A stretch of 64,000 nucleotides of DNA from Vicugna vicugna (Eukaryota). The notes beneath the pieces are model-generated. The model worked only from the letters and a program-made list of their open reading frames with translations, did no database searches and had not been told where the DNA came from. Within the stretch, counting starts at the first letter, position 1. The number at the start of each line of letters is the position of its first letter. Position numbers and translations under genes: made by a program. This document shows positions 1 through 11,954 of this stretch, in pieces. The stretch lies in the NCBI GenBank assembly GCA_013265495.1, contig MU063444.1:880195-944194 (forward strand), in the 5' to 3' direction.

Positions 1-380
1 TTCTTTTGTTCAGCACTGTTTTGAGATTCATCCACGTGTGCATGTAGTTGTAGATGTTTACTTCCCACTGCTCTGTGGTATTCAGTGTTTTGATCCATTC
101 CACGGGTCTACACGGGCATCAGAGTAGTTTCTAGTTTGGACCTGTTGTGTGCATTGTGTCTTGCGGTGGTCGTGTGGATACACTTCTGTCATGTCTCCAC
201 CTAGGAGTGGGATTTCTGGGTCATAAAGCACGCGTTTGCAGGAGGAGACATGGCCGAATAAGGTTTCTAAGCAGTTTTAGTTTACGCTCTCGCCAGCAGC
301 ATATGAGCGTTCCGATTAGTCCGTATCCTTACCAAAACTTGGTGTTTTCTGTCTTACTATTAGCCATTCCAGGGGTTGGT
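1..380 (-). mobile_element. Ancient L1 (L1ME-like) ORF2 3' relic
   Basis: Antisense L1 motifs such as gagattcatccacgt, cctaggagtgggatttctgggtcata and atgagcgttccgattagtccgtatccttaccaaaacttgg. Confidence 0.7.
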
Positions 381-384
381 AGGT

Positions 385-510
385 CCCAATATAACAAGGA
401 AGGCTGAGGCATGGAGAGGTGCCTGATGTTCTGTCGCATACAGGTGGCAAAGTGGGACTTTGAACCCTTGAAGCCTGGCTCCGGGGTCCACGCTCTTCCC
501 ACCCCGTTCT
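385..510 (-). mobile_element. MIR fragment
   Basis: gaaggctgaggcatggagaggtg...gggactttgaaccc...ctggctccggggtccacgctctt resembles antisense MIR core. Confidence 0.55.
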
Positions 511-1454
511 CCTCCTCTCTGCAGAGGAGGTGCTTCTCTCCCAGAGTGATGGCCCACGTTGGTGGCCTAGACCAGCCACTGCTCTGGGGGCTCAGCCAGC
601 CTCTGTGGGCTCCCTTCTCAAGTATTTTTAACAGAATCTCAAATGTCAGCTACTCCATTGTTGAGCCAGTTTTGAAATGTAATTTCTGGACCTGGGACCT
701 GGAGGGAAGCTACAGGCTGCCTCCAGATCTCACTTTGGCTTCGTATTTAAATTTCATATCCCATTCACTGTTTTCCTAATGAGCCACAGAATCGGCTCAC
801 GTTTGGTTCCTCTCTTTGTCTTCTCTGGCCGGGCTCCAAGGGAAGAGGGTTCGGTTAGACAGCAGGGGAAGAGCAGCCAGCTCGCTGCAGAGCCTTCCAG
901 CCAGAGAACAGCCAGGGAGGCAACGTGCCAGCACGGTCCAGCCCTTTCTGCAGATCTTCATGGAGACCCTGAAGCTACATGGGAAGATGGGCAAGGACTA
1001 GTTCAAAAAACAAAGCCAGATATAAAATGCTATGACCATCAGAATTACATCTGATAAGACACACACACATATGTGTGTTTACGTTAGGAAGAAAAAGCAA
1101 AGGGCTAATAGTGTTTGTCTTGGGTTGATAAGCTACTGCGTGGGTTTATAGCCTCTTTTGTATTTTTCAGAATTTTTGCCAATTGCTTACAGTAGTTTTG
1201 TAAAGAAAAAATATTCAAGTTTATAATTTCTGAAGAGATTTTTCCTTTCATGTTTTTGCTGCCTAGATTTGGGGAAAATAGCTCAAGGTGTAGTCATTTT
1301 GAAGCTTGGAGATTATTATGTTTAAAAACCACAGAACCATAATGTAATGATGAAATGAATGACAGTTCACAGCCAGTTTTCCAGTGAGGGAATGAGTTTA
1401 CATTAATAAAATAGGACTTATTCCAGAGGTCGAATTCAGGAGGGCATAATCTCT

Positions 1455-1565
1455 TTGTGTATATAATATATATGTATCAACAGGTATGTGTATGTTCATA
1501 TACGTGTGTGTATATATGCACATATGCTCAGACTGACCATACACACATATACATGTTTATGTTAT
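1455..1565. repeat. Degenerate (TA/TG/CA)n low-complexity tract
   Basis: Directly visible alternating purine-pyrimidine runs. Confidence 0.7.
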
Positions 1566-2120
1566 TTATCAGTCTTTCCAGGTTCTTCTAAGAAAGGTAG
1601 GGGTGCTAAAGAGTTAGGAAGTAAAGTACGTATGGCGTATGTATAATAGTAGATAACTAGACATCAGTTAACAAAATATACGTGCTTACATGCATACACA
1701 TTTCGTATGTGGGTATATTTTAACATAGTTGAGTCACATATATATAAACTGCATGGAAATCCACAGAATAATATCACCAGTTATTTTTTTAATGATGGTA
1801 TTCTGAATAGTTTCCCTTTATACTTGATTGTATTTGCAGAATTATCATGAACATATGTTTAAATGACAAAAGGCATTAAGTCCTAGGTAACGTTTGAAAC
1901 TTGTAAGTCTCCCTGATAAGCTGGTGCGCAGATGCTGAGAAGGGAAAGGCAGTTCTGTAGAAAGATACTGCTGTTCTCCGTTTCCAAAGGAAACGCTGAG
2001 CTTTGGTGCTCAAACCACAGCTCTCTTCGTGTCGCCAGTGTAGGAGAGGGGTTCTGAGTGTTGTAGTAGCGCTGTTGCTGACAGTAACTACATGTTCTTG
2101 GCCTTGTTCTCTTTTCAATA

Positions 2121-2148
<28 letters not shown>
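2121..2148. repeat. (GT)14 microsatellite
   Basis: Directly visible. Confidence 0.95.
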
Positions 2149-2151
<3 letters not shown>

Positions 2152-2859
2152 TATCAGATTTATGGCTTCTCAGCCCCCATTTTCTTAACCTGTCTTAACA
2201 GAGAGAAACTTACTCATTTTATTCTTTAATTGCACGTGATTTCTTCTTAATGCTTAAATGTTCCGCCCTACTGGATGGTGAGACATTATTGGTTGTGTGC
2301 ACTTACATATTTGTCAAACCAAACGGTGGAATAAAAATGTATTAGAAAGCAAATAAGTCTTATTTTATTTACTAAAATTCACTTATTTAAAAAAAAACTG
2401 CTTTCCAATTATAAACATGTGACAATATAGAAAACTAGAAAAAGGACATAGACGTTTTAAAGAAAATAACGATCACGTGTGGTTGTGTACCTTAGAAGTA
2501 ACCACTGTAAAAGCAGTGGTAGGTTGCCTTCTAGACACTAGCATTTATTACTGGCATTTATTGAGCTTCATGGTGTGCACTGCGTGGGGAAAGTTTTGTG
2601 AGCAGGAGACACGATATCCTGCTTGCAGATAACTGACTGGCCAGGGGTCACTCTGTGTGTGTGTCTGTGTGTCTGTGTGTCTGTTTTTGGGGAGAGGCAT
2701 ACAGGAGGCAGGGGTGGGAGTGGTAGAAAACAAAACAGAAAAGTACTCTGGCAGGCAGTTCAATGTGAGAAGTGCTGTTATAGGGGAAATGTAATCTTTT
2801 AAAAGTGTGTGCATGTGTATGTATGGTAGACAGATATTTAAAAACCAAATTGGCATTCT

Positions 2860-3230
2860 GTCTATACATAGTTTTCTCCCACTTACATTAAGCAGTGTCC
2901 TGTGTCATTAGATCAGACTGTTTTGTATCACATTGTATAACAATATCATCATATCTTACATCAATGCATCTTAGTCTAGTTAGCCATTCCTTCATCAGTG
3001 GATATTTGGGTTTCTTGTGATTTTTTTATAGCATGAAGAATGCTGCAGTGAGCATCCTCATAGTCTGTGAAATTCTGTCGTCTTTTCCAATCTTTTGCCC
3101 TTAAAATCCATTCCTGAAAATCAAATGACTGGCTTACCTGTGTGAAATAAAACTTTTCCAGGCTACTGAGCCACACCAGTAAGCTGGTTTCTGGAGGGTC
3201 ACACCAATTTTGTTTGCTCACTAGTGAGAC
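2860..3230 (-). mobile_element. Ancient L1 3' relic
   Basis: ccattccttcatcagtggatatttgggtttcttg...gaatgctgcagtgagcatcctc is a typical antisense L1 ORF2-end motif. Confidence 0.6.
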
Positions 3231-5058
3231 ATTTCATGTTTGCTCCTGAAACTTGTGGACCGCATCCAAGTGAATGTGCCCTATGCTGAGTTCTTTATGG
3301 CAAGTACTGTTTGGCAAGGGATCTCAGTTTATAGTCGATTAAACAAATAGACAGCTGAGTTCCATGGAAGGCACGGCCATGTGGGCAGCCCTGTGGACTT
3401 AGTACCTCTCCGCGCATTCAGAACAGGGAATGTGTGTCAAGTGCAGGTCAGAACAACAGAAGGGAGCCACGTCACTTGAGTTGCCTTCCATCTCACTGTG
3501 TGTCAGGCCCGGAGGGCAGAAAGGACCACCACGAACTTTCTAAGAAACAATAAGCTCTTGAGACTTGGTGCCAGGATGAAAAATGTCCTCTATGAACCCC
3601 ACTGAAAGCCTTGTGTTTTTTCATATCTCCTAGGAATTAGCGTTGATCATTTCGGCTTGACATACTAGATGTTTGGATTTTATAGAAATAGGAATTAGCT
3701 AATTTCCCTTGTACGTTAGGTATGCCAGTTTGATCAACAAAGACAAATCATTTTAAAAAAATTGAATGAAGTACTTGTTTGCTCTGGAGCAACTTTCCTG
3801 CTGTGGGATGTGATGATGGAGCTGGTATGAGTACACTTTTCGTTCTGATGACTTTGATTCTTGTATTCTTTGGACTCATCTAGGGCACCCTTGATGAGGA
3901 TTGTGTTTGGGGATAAGAAGCTATCTTAATACTGTAGAAATCTCCTCATTCTGATTCGGATGAGACATATAGCTCATTAAACTTTGCGGCACGATGGCTC
4001 TGATGGCTGACCATAGTTTACTGCAACATTCTCCTTTGTTCTACATTTTTATACCCCACCCTTCTGTTCAACATAATTAAAGTTATATGGTGGCCCCGTC
4101 CAGTGAGGCAAAACAACTGGAAACACCTCATCGTTGTTTCGTGTCCTTTTTTGCCGGATGGAGGGCCTGTTTTTGGAGTGCATCCTTAGGGTTGGAGCAG
4201 AAGTGAGCATCCTTTCTGTGTTGGGAGGAAGCTCTCAGCTGAGGATGGCGGCCCTGGGGGTGGACCTGGGACGGCATGACTTTGCATGTGGCGGCGCCTC
4301 TGTCCAGTGCTTGAAGTTTGGTAGCTGCTCTCCTGTCTCCTTTCCTTATGTTACCCAGTAGAAGGCCACTGCCCTCCGACATCAGTACATTCTCCTGGAA
4401 TTACCTCTTAATTAACTTTTCCGGTGCTTAATCACCAGAAGTGCTGTTTCATATTTAGGCAGTGTAAGAAAGTGCCAGATAGGATTTCTTTTCTTAGCAA
4501 TAAGATAAGGTCCTCCAGAGTCTGTTAAGTCGGTTCTCATTAGGCGTGGATTCAAAGGGCCAAGAGTTCACCAGGTCTCTGCCGTCGTTCCATTGCAGGT
4601 TAGCGTTTAGACGGGCTTTGTAGAGACACTCAGACTTAATGGACTGTGGACCCTGGTCATTTCAGTATTTCTTAAATTTGTGAAACTTTATAGCAATAGT
4701 GTGTGTTTTGTGGTAGGGTACACACACACAGGCAGATACACACACACATGCAGATACACACACACACACAAGTAAATTCTAAACAGGAGGAAGGTTGGGT
4801 ATTAATGCCACATGAGAATTCAAGGCAAGAAGCATTAAGTGGGACAAAGTGGGTGTTTCAGTTTTACAAATATATATAAAAATAAACATTATGTGGTTAA
4901 GATAGCCTCAGATTCTACTTTTAATGAGGCAATTTAAATACTCAGAAGAACAGACCGTCGCTCAGCCATCGACATTAGCACACTTGTAACCACCCAGCAG
5001 GTCAAGCAGACGTAGGATAAGTGGGGTAGTGAAAGTCTAGGACAGGATTAATAAACGT

Positions 5059-5545
5059 TGTCCGGACGACGCTCTGAGGCGACTGATCCTCTGAGTGCAC
5101 CACTGTGGACAGCCCTGAAGACTTACAGCCCACTCAGCATGAGAGAAGATCCTTACAGCTTCCAATTCCCAGAAAAGGGCAGCAGCATCTGAACATGGGG
5201 CAGTTCCTGTGTGCGCTTCATCCCCAGGCCAAGCTGGCCGTTCCTGCAGGAGCCAGTAGATGGTGAGACTCCGGGGCTGTCAGCTCCTCCTGGTCAGTCC
5301 TGTTCAGGTCTACCTGTGGGTGAGCCCGGCAACCAAGCTCGCTCCTTCCAGCAGAGAATAGCCTGAGCGTGAGGGGCTGTCTTGAAACCTGCGTATTACT
5401 GCTGCTGCTTCCAGTCCCAGGGCCCCCTGCACGGGTTAGCATTGCAGTTAATCCTGCCCTCCCATAGCTCCTCAGGGGGAGGAAGTGGGGACTGCACGGG
5501 GCAGGGGCAGGAAAGCCCGGGAGCATGTACTCAAGTTCAGCTGCA
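5059..5545. mobile_element. Solo LTR (ERVL/MaLR class by 5-bp TSD), family not assigned
   Basis: 487-bp GC-rich block starting TG (5059) and ending CA (5545), flanked by AACGT (5054-5058) and AACTT (5546-5550), interrupting an L1 relic that resumes afterwards. Confidence 0.5.
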
Positions 5546-6291
5546 AACTTGGATGTCTGATGTCTCTGGCCTCACAAATAAGATATAATGGAAGTAAATG
5601 ACATTTTACAACCTACAGAAGTTATACAGACCACCCCCTCCCCCCCCCCCACCACCCCACCTCCCAGCCCCACCAAAATCTCATGAAACACTTAGAACTT
5701 AGAGTGGGTGTAAAATTTTTTTTTAAAACCACATTAAATTGTCTGAAGTAGACATCGTACAGTCTCTTTTCTTGGATCACAAAGTAGTAGAACTAAAACG
5801 TAATGACAAACTTGTAAACAGAAGGAGCTCTCTCCTGAGTGCCCCTGCAGTTGCACTCACCTCTGAGAAAGCGTTGCTGGTGACAGGCGCTCTGCGGCGA
5901 GCAGCCGGGCCTGTGCGAGGGAGGCCTTTCGTTTCGGTGGCTTCATCATTTAAACAGTAAACGTAGTAATAATTAAACCAGGGATTCAAAGGCTAGGAAG
6001 AGAGTAAGAAAAGTAAACTTGGGGTAATAAGAGAAAAGAATGAATAAAAATAAAAGCAGACATGAATGATTTGTAAGACAGAAAGGAAATGGTAGAATTA
6101 GCAAATTAAAGTCAGATCTGGCTAACTTGTTTCCTGGAAAAATAATGATAAAATGCCCCCAAAACACTCCAGACAAGACTATGCAAGGAAAGAAAGAGAA
6201 AAGAACAACTCATGGAACCTGAGGAATGATAAGGGAAATGTAATTACGAGTGCCAAGGAGATAAAATTTAGAAGAGAAAAGTGGTCTAAAT

Positions 6292-6459
6292 CCTTGGCAC
6301 TCACAGTGGTCCACAGACCAGCAGCAGCAGGGTCAACCTGGGAGCTTTTTAGAAATGGAGGCTCTCAGGCACACTCCACACCTGCCGAATCAAAATTTGC
6401 ATTTGAACGAAGTCCCCAGGTGGTTGATGTACACGTTAAAGTTTGGGTGACATTGCTGG
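6292..6459 (+). mobile_element. MER5A1-like hAT-Charlie MITE
   Basis: gtggtccacagaccagcagcagc...cctgggagctttttagaaatg...gaatcaaaatttgcatttgaacgaagtccccaggtg...ttaaagtttg. Confidence 0.75.
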
Positions 6460-6463
6460 AAGT

Positions 6464-6622
6464 CAGTGCGTCTCAACCTTGGCAATACATAATAATCACT
6501 TTCAGAGCTATTAAAAAAGGAAAAAAAAGCCCCAAGAGGATCTGATTTCACTGGCCCTGCCTTCAGGATTTTTGAGAATTGCCCAGGTGACACTAACTTG
6601 AAGCCAGAATTGAGAATCACTG
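6464..6622 (+). mobile_element. MER5B-like hAT-Charlie MITE
   Basis: Terminal inverted repeats cagtgcgtctcaaccttgg ... gaattgagaatcactg; internal gcccaggtgacactaa. Confidence 0.75.
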
Positions 6623-7289
6623 CTCATATAAATTATTCTATGCAAATAAGTGTTTTTGCAAACAAATGCAAATCTCGATGTAATGGATGACTTTCCAAGG
6701 AAAACAAATTTTCTGGGGAAAAAAGTTAAAAATGTGATGTATCCTGTAAATAGACTACCAGTCTTAGAACAACCTAAAGGTAAGTCAAATTACAACCTCC
6801 CAAAATACAGTGGGTTCTTACGGGCAAGGAGACAAAAGACAAAGCAAAGAGTGCTTTCAATGCAGGGCGTCTAACAAAGCTTACACGTGAAGCATTAGAT
6901 CTTCTGGGTAAAGATATGTTAGAAGAATCTTCCTCCCTTATCACAGAATCACAATGAATGTCACTCCTCTACAATCTTGGCCCTAAGGGGAAAGTGAAAA
7001 AAGATACTCCCTTGGTCTCCCATAAGATATTCCTAACCATAAACCTTGGTGTCTGCAGCCTCAGTTTCCATTACCTTGTGGCACTGAGACCCTTAAAGTG
7101 GAGGATTTAAAGGGGTCCCAGGCTGGTAGTGCTCCCAATAGCCTAACAGAAGCCAGTGCAAATTCTTTCTGAAAGGAACTTACCTTCATTTTGGGCTCAA
7201 AATTTTTCTGCAGAGAAAGGTTTTAATATGAGCAGTTAATATTTTAAAATCACTAATCGAGAAAGTAAGGTGATGTAAGCAAAATCCAG

Positions 7290-7870
7290 AAGCAACAGAA
7301 CCAAGTCTATAAACATAGAGATGCAGAAATTAACAGCTACAGAGAGCAAAAGTATTGCTTACTATGTTAAAGAAATCAGGCAGATGTGAAATATGAATAA
7401 AGAACAAACATTTAAAGGCAACCAAATAACTCATTAAAGTAAAATAAATAATCATTTAAATTAAAACCCTAATGGATGAATTACATAGCAGATTAAACAC
7501 AGCTGAAGAGAGAATTAGTACACTGTAAGATGAATTTTTTTTGAAAAAAATATAGAATGCAGTAGAGAGAAACAGATGAAAATATGAGAGAGTAGATGGA
7601 GCGAGGAGGGCTAACCAGAGTTCCAGAAAGAGAAAGAGAGAAAGAATGGGTTGGAAGCAATATTTGAAGAGATGAAACACCCCACCGAGGTTTTCATGAA
7701 GCCCAGCGTTCCCAAGCATGATAACAAAAATGAATCTACCTCTAGACTCACCTTGGTGAAACTGTGGAACAACAAAGACAAACAGAAGATCTCAAAAGTA
7801 GCTGGAGATATAAGATACGCTTCAAAAATGTAACAACCAGACTGATCCGTGATTGTCAGCAGTAGTGGAG
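7290..7870 (+). mobile_element. Ancient L1 ORF1 relic
   Basis: Track ORF 7651..7833 (EAIFEEM...TSRLTLVKLWNNKDKQKISKVA) resembles L1 ORF1p; upstream gcagattaaacacagctgaagagagaattagt is the ORF1 coiled-coil motif. Confidence 0.75.
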
Positions 7871-7894
7871 ACACCTTCCATGTGGTGAGAGTTA

Positions 7895-8100
7895 TTTCAG
7901 AATAAAATTGCCAGGCTTTAGTGATGGGTTGGACATGGTGTCATGGAGGAAGCATTTCATAAGTATCTGTCAAGTTCCCGGAATGCACACCATGCCTTCA
8001 CTGAGAAAAGGAATCCTTAAAAAAAGCCAGGTTTGTTCATGAATTTGCTTTTGGGCAAGGTGAGTTTCAGATGCTCTGAGATGTCCAGAAGAAGATGTCA
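7895..8100 (-). mobile_element. L2 fragment
   Basis: gatgggttggacatgg and ttttgggcaaggtgagtttcagatg...gatgtccaga resemble antisense L2. Confidence 0.5.
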
Positions 8101-8229
8101 TTTCTTTTCCATCCATTATCTCACTCGCAGTTTCTGTCTTGTCTGAAAACGTATTACAAAGACCTCGGTCAAATGTCTTGCTGAGATTGACTCAGACTGT
8201 GTCTGTGATGATCATGTGTTCTGTCAGCA

Positions 8230-8370
8230 ATGAGGTGAGTTTGGCATGAATTGAATTTGAGTCGTAGCTCAGCCAGTTAGTATATGACCTTGAACATAAC
8301 ATACTCAGTGTTTAGAAACCTTAGTTTCTGCATCTGTATCGTAGCAACTGAGTTGATGTGAGGGACATAT
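8230..8370 (+). mobile_element. MIR
   Basis: tttgagtcgtagctcagcc...tgaccttgaaca...ccttagtttctgcatctgta. Confidence 0.65.
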
Positions 8371-9260
8371 TTTTTTGAAAAATCTTAGTTATATAAAACG
8401 CCACACATTTTAGTTCGTGATTCCTACCTCCTCAGAATCAGCCTTTTTTTCCAAGTGCTCATTTAGCCCCTGCTTCATTAGCTGTCTTTCCAGAATTTTA
8501 TCAGGCATTAGTTTTAAGCTTTATATTTAAACAGAATCCGCCTTCTCTTGCTTGAAAAGTGGAGTCACACTGATCTGATTCAGAGCTCCTGGTGCCTGTC
8601 CTCAGAGACTGTTGACTGTGGTTTGTAATCACATTTGCAAGTTCTTTCGGGGCCCTGGGATGTGATTTGGCTCAGAAAGTCGGTGTTAAGTAAGGCACCT
8701 GTGTGTGCTTTTTTTGTTTTAACTAATTTTATCTCTCGTCTTGGTTCTGGTTTCTTATTTTAACTGGGCAATAGTATCTTCAGTGGGGAAAGTGGAAGAA
8801 AAAAAGACGTTGAGGAGTTCTGAACTTCCCACTAGCACCTGTTAAATAGCATTATACCATCTGCCCCAGGCAGTATCACATTTTGTTTCTTATTTCTGTT
8901 GCCCTGGAACATAATTTTAGATACCATTTATTTTGAATGTCTTAGCTCATTCTGAGCTTTTCTGTAAATATTCTTATAAATCTCGGCCATTAAAAAAATT
9001 TTTTTGTATATACTTTTAAAAAATATGAGTTCTTCCATCTTTAGCTTATACTTTTAAAAATACCACCTCATGAGAGTACATTACTTATTAGCACATGGCC
9101 GAAATTCCATGTTTGTTTGGGTGAATGAGTTGATGAATGAATGAACCAGAGAATTTTTCATAGAGCCACATTGGTTATTATGATTTTATCTCCTTTTTTC
9201 CTTATTGGTGTCATTCACAATTATCTTATTAATTTTAATTCCTATATTCTGTTCCTTTTT

Positions 9261-9363
9261 CTTTTTTTCTTTTTCATTTTTTTCAGTGGAGATACTGGGG
9301 ATTGAACCCAGGACCTCAGGCATGCTAAGCACATACCCTACCTCTGAGCTATACCCACCTACC
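9261..9363 (-). mobile_element. Vic-1-type camelid tRNA-derived SINE, short tail
   Basis: Reverse complement GGGTATAGCTCAGAGGTAG...GGTCCTGGGTTCAATCCCCAG with A and B boxes and A-rich tail; exact 12-bp TSD CTGTTCCTTTTT at 9249-9260 and 9364-9375. Confidence 0.92.
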
Positions 9364-9745
9364 CTGTTCCTTTTTGAGTTGCATTCCATTATGGGCTTGA
9401 CCTTTTGATAATACACTTTTTTTTGCATGTTTTAGGAAAATATGCTTTCCAGAGGTCCTTCTCTGCACTTGTTTATGCCCAGCTCTTCATTTCTTCACTG
9501 TTATGAATTCCACAGTGGCGTGATCATTTGCTTTCAAGGTTTCTGTCTCTTCAGTATCACAATAACTTTTAAATTTTGGGTACCTGGTTTCAGCTGGGAC
9601 AAATGACTGATTCTCTCTCTCGGTTCGGGTTTTCATCCTGAGCTTCTTTGCAGTGTTGTAGTCTCAGAATTTTAAGAAAACCATGAGTAGAAGCTACGAG
9701 AGCTCTTGAGGTAAAAGATGAGGTTAGACTAATAGACCCCAACTC

Positions 9746-10092
9746 TTTTATTTTATTTTTTATTAAAGTGTAGTTGATTTATAATGTGTTAGTTTCAGGT
9801 GTTCTACAAAGTGGTTCGGATATATAAATGTGTGCGTATATATGTATATGTTCTTTTCCATGTTCTCTTCCGTGTTCTTTTCCGTATTCTTTTCCATTAT
9901 GGCTAATTATAGGATACTGAATATAGTTCCCTGTGCAGGACCGTGTTGTTTATCTGTTTTATATACAGTACTTTGTATCTGCTAATCCCAGACTTTTAAT
10001 TTAACCCTCCCTCACTCCCCTTCCCCTTTGGTAACCGTCAGTTTGTTTTCTATACCTGTGAGTCTGTATATGTTTTGTAAATAAGTTCATCT
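9746..10092 (-). mobile_element. 5'-truncated L1 3' UTR (L1MA9/cetartiodactyl type)
   Basis: T-rich tail then ttagtttcaggtg...gatactgaatatagttccctgtgc...ggtaaccgtcagtttgttttctatacctgtgagtctg. Confidence 0.85.
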
Positions 10093-11954
10093 GAAGTCCG
10101 CTCATTCCACCTCAGGACCACAGTCTGTTTGCAGTGTTCCTCTCCTGCCCCCTTCTTTCCTGCTCCTCCCCTGTCTTCTTCCCCAAAGGCCATCACATCA
10201 AAAGTGAGGGTCAATTCTCATTGAGCATTTATTCCTGAGACCCTCTTGTAATAAAGTAATTATTGAATAATTACTGAGCCCAGTTAATAAAGCAATTATT
10301 GAATTTTACTTAGGGAAGCAAAGTTTAGTAATAACATGCAGTAAACTGTGTTGGCTGGTATAAAATTGTTCTTTTTCCTTCATCTCCGTGTTTATAGCAT
10401 CTGCAGCTCATGAACAGGTTTCCTATCCTATCTACCAAACAGAATTTTAAGAAACCCATGCAGCTTTGCACAGGAATAATATTATTATAAAGACAGCATT
10501 GTACCTGCCAGTAAACTAGCACGGCTAGCTTATGTATTGGCACCACATACATTTGTTGTGTGTTTCTTTTGGCAAAGTTACAACTTTAAGAAAAAGAATA
10601 TTCTGGGGCACCATGTGGTGGTTGCTAAGGAGGGAATCAAGACAGAGTCAGACGTCGCCTTAAATGTGCGCTTACATAAGCCACGTTAGTCAGCGCTGGT
10701 TTCAAACAACTGCATTTCTCAGGAAGCAAGTTATGCATTGGCTCCTCCTTCCGAAAAGCAAGCGGACGCCTTCCCCCTCGTGAGGGGTGGGCTGTGCTGG
10801 CAGGAACCTCCGGGGGAGGAGAAGTGCCACTTTGCTCCGTTGCTGTGCTTTCAACGTTGTGCTGAGTAGGTCAGCACTTTGCAATCTCTCAGCCACAGCA
10901 GTTTCCTCTGCTCATTCAAATCCAAGCATACAGACGTTTCCCTACTCCTGTTTGAATCCAAGTGTTTATCTGGCAGACCTGTGCACGTTGAATTCTGGAA
11001 GGAAACCTAGCTTTAAAAAATATCTTAGAACATCATGTTCCAGGGTTGAAATCAAGGACCATGTTTCCCATACTTGTTGATTTCCAGGCAGTTTTCCTTG
11101 AGGGTTTTTGTTTTGTTTTGTTTTGTTTTTATCAAAGAGCTTAGAATGGTGCCTGTAGGTGGAGGGGACATGGCAGCAGGAGGTACAGAGAGCAGAGGGA
11201 CCGACATGCTTTTCCCTGACAACGCTTACTCGATTCATTTACACCCCAGTCTTGCTTCAGAAAGCATTTGAAGTGGCTTACTGATGTAACCACAGTTCCT
11301 CCAGCAGAGGCAGCCAGAGGAAGATAACAGCGAGGAGATAAGCGAGCAATCAGCACTACTCTGGAGCAAATCACTGGAGATTCTGCCCACGCGAGCCCAT
11401 TTTCCTCTGGGGGTCTGGGAGTCCAGGCATTCGAGGAGAGTGTTAAGTCTGTCCAGTTGAGGCCCAAGGGTGAGGCACTGGCATTGGAGGACAAGACCAG
11501 CTGCAACACCCTCATTTCCTGGCCTCACTCTCTGGAAGAGTCCAGATTTGGATTTTGAATGAAAATCCTCCCATTTCTAGCAGAGGTGTGTAATGTCAGG
11601 GCCACAGAGCTATGTCTTTCAGTCCTATTCTGTCATGCCTAGTTCTGGAATTAGCTCCTTCCATACATTTTTCTATTCTGCTGTGAGAGACCTGTTTCTC
11701 CTTATAGCCGTCAGCCATGTGTCTTAAGAGTAGGGCTGTTAGTTCAGCAAGTGGGACATTAAAAGGAATTAAAAGCAAACGTTTCAGGTAGGCCCAGGGC
11801 ATAAGGGTATTTGGTGGCTGGTTTCATGGATGGAGCATAAGGCTTAATATGATCACTATGTGATTCTGTGTCATGAACAGGGAATGAGTAGACTTTTGGG
11901 GGAGATGTCGTAAGGCTGGTTTAGCATGCACACTTGATGTCTATAAGCCCCTTA

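Larger units (their letters stand above)
4780..6900 (+). mobile_element. Ancient L1 ORF2 relic (endonuclease and following region), split by an LTR, a C-rich tract and two MER5 elements
   Basis: A-rich sense L1 remnants, e.g. ttggatcacaaagtagtagaactaaaa (SDH-like EN end), gaataaaaataaaagcagacatgaatga, and tatgcaaataag...gtaatggatgactttcc (YANK..EMD-like). Confidence 0.7.

Noticed and set aside
5092-5115. REST/RE1-like GCACC...GGACAG
   Set aside because: Poor left half-site and non-canonical 5-nt spacer.
4780-7870. L1 ORF2 upstream of ORF1 as a rearranged single element
   Set aside because: More simply two separate truncated L1 relics; no junction evidence.
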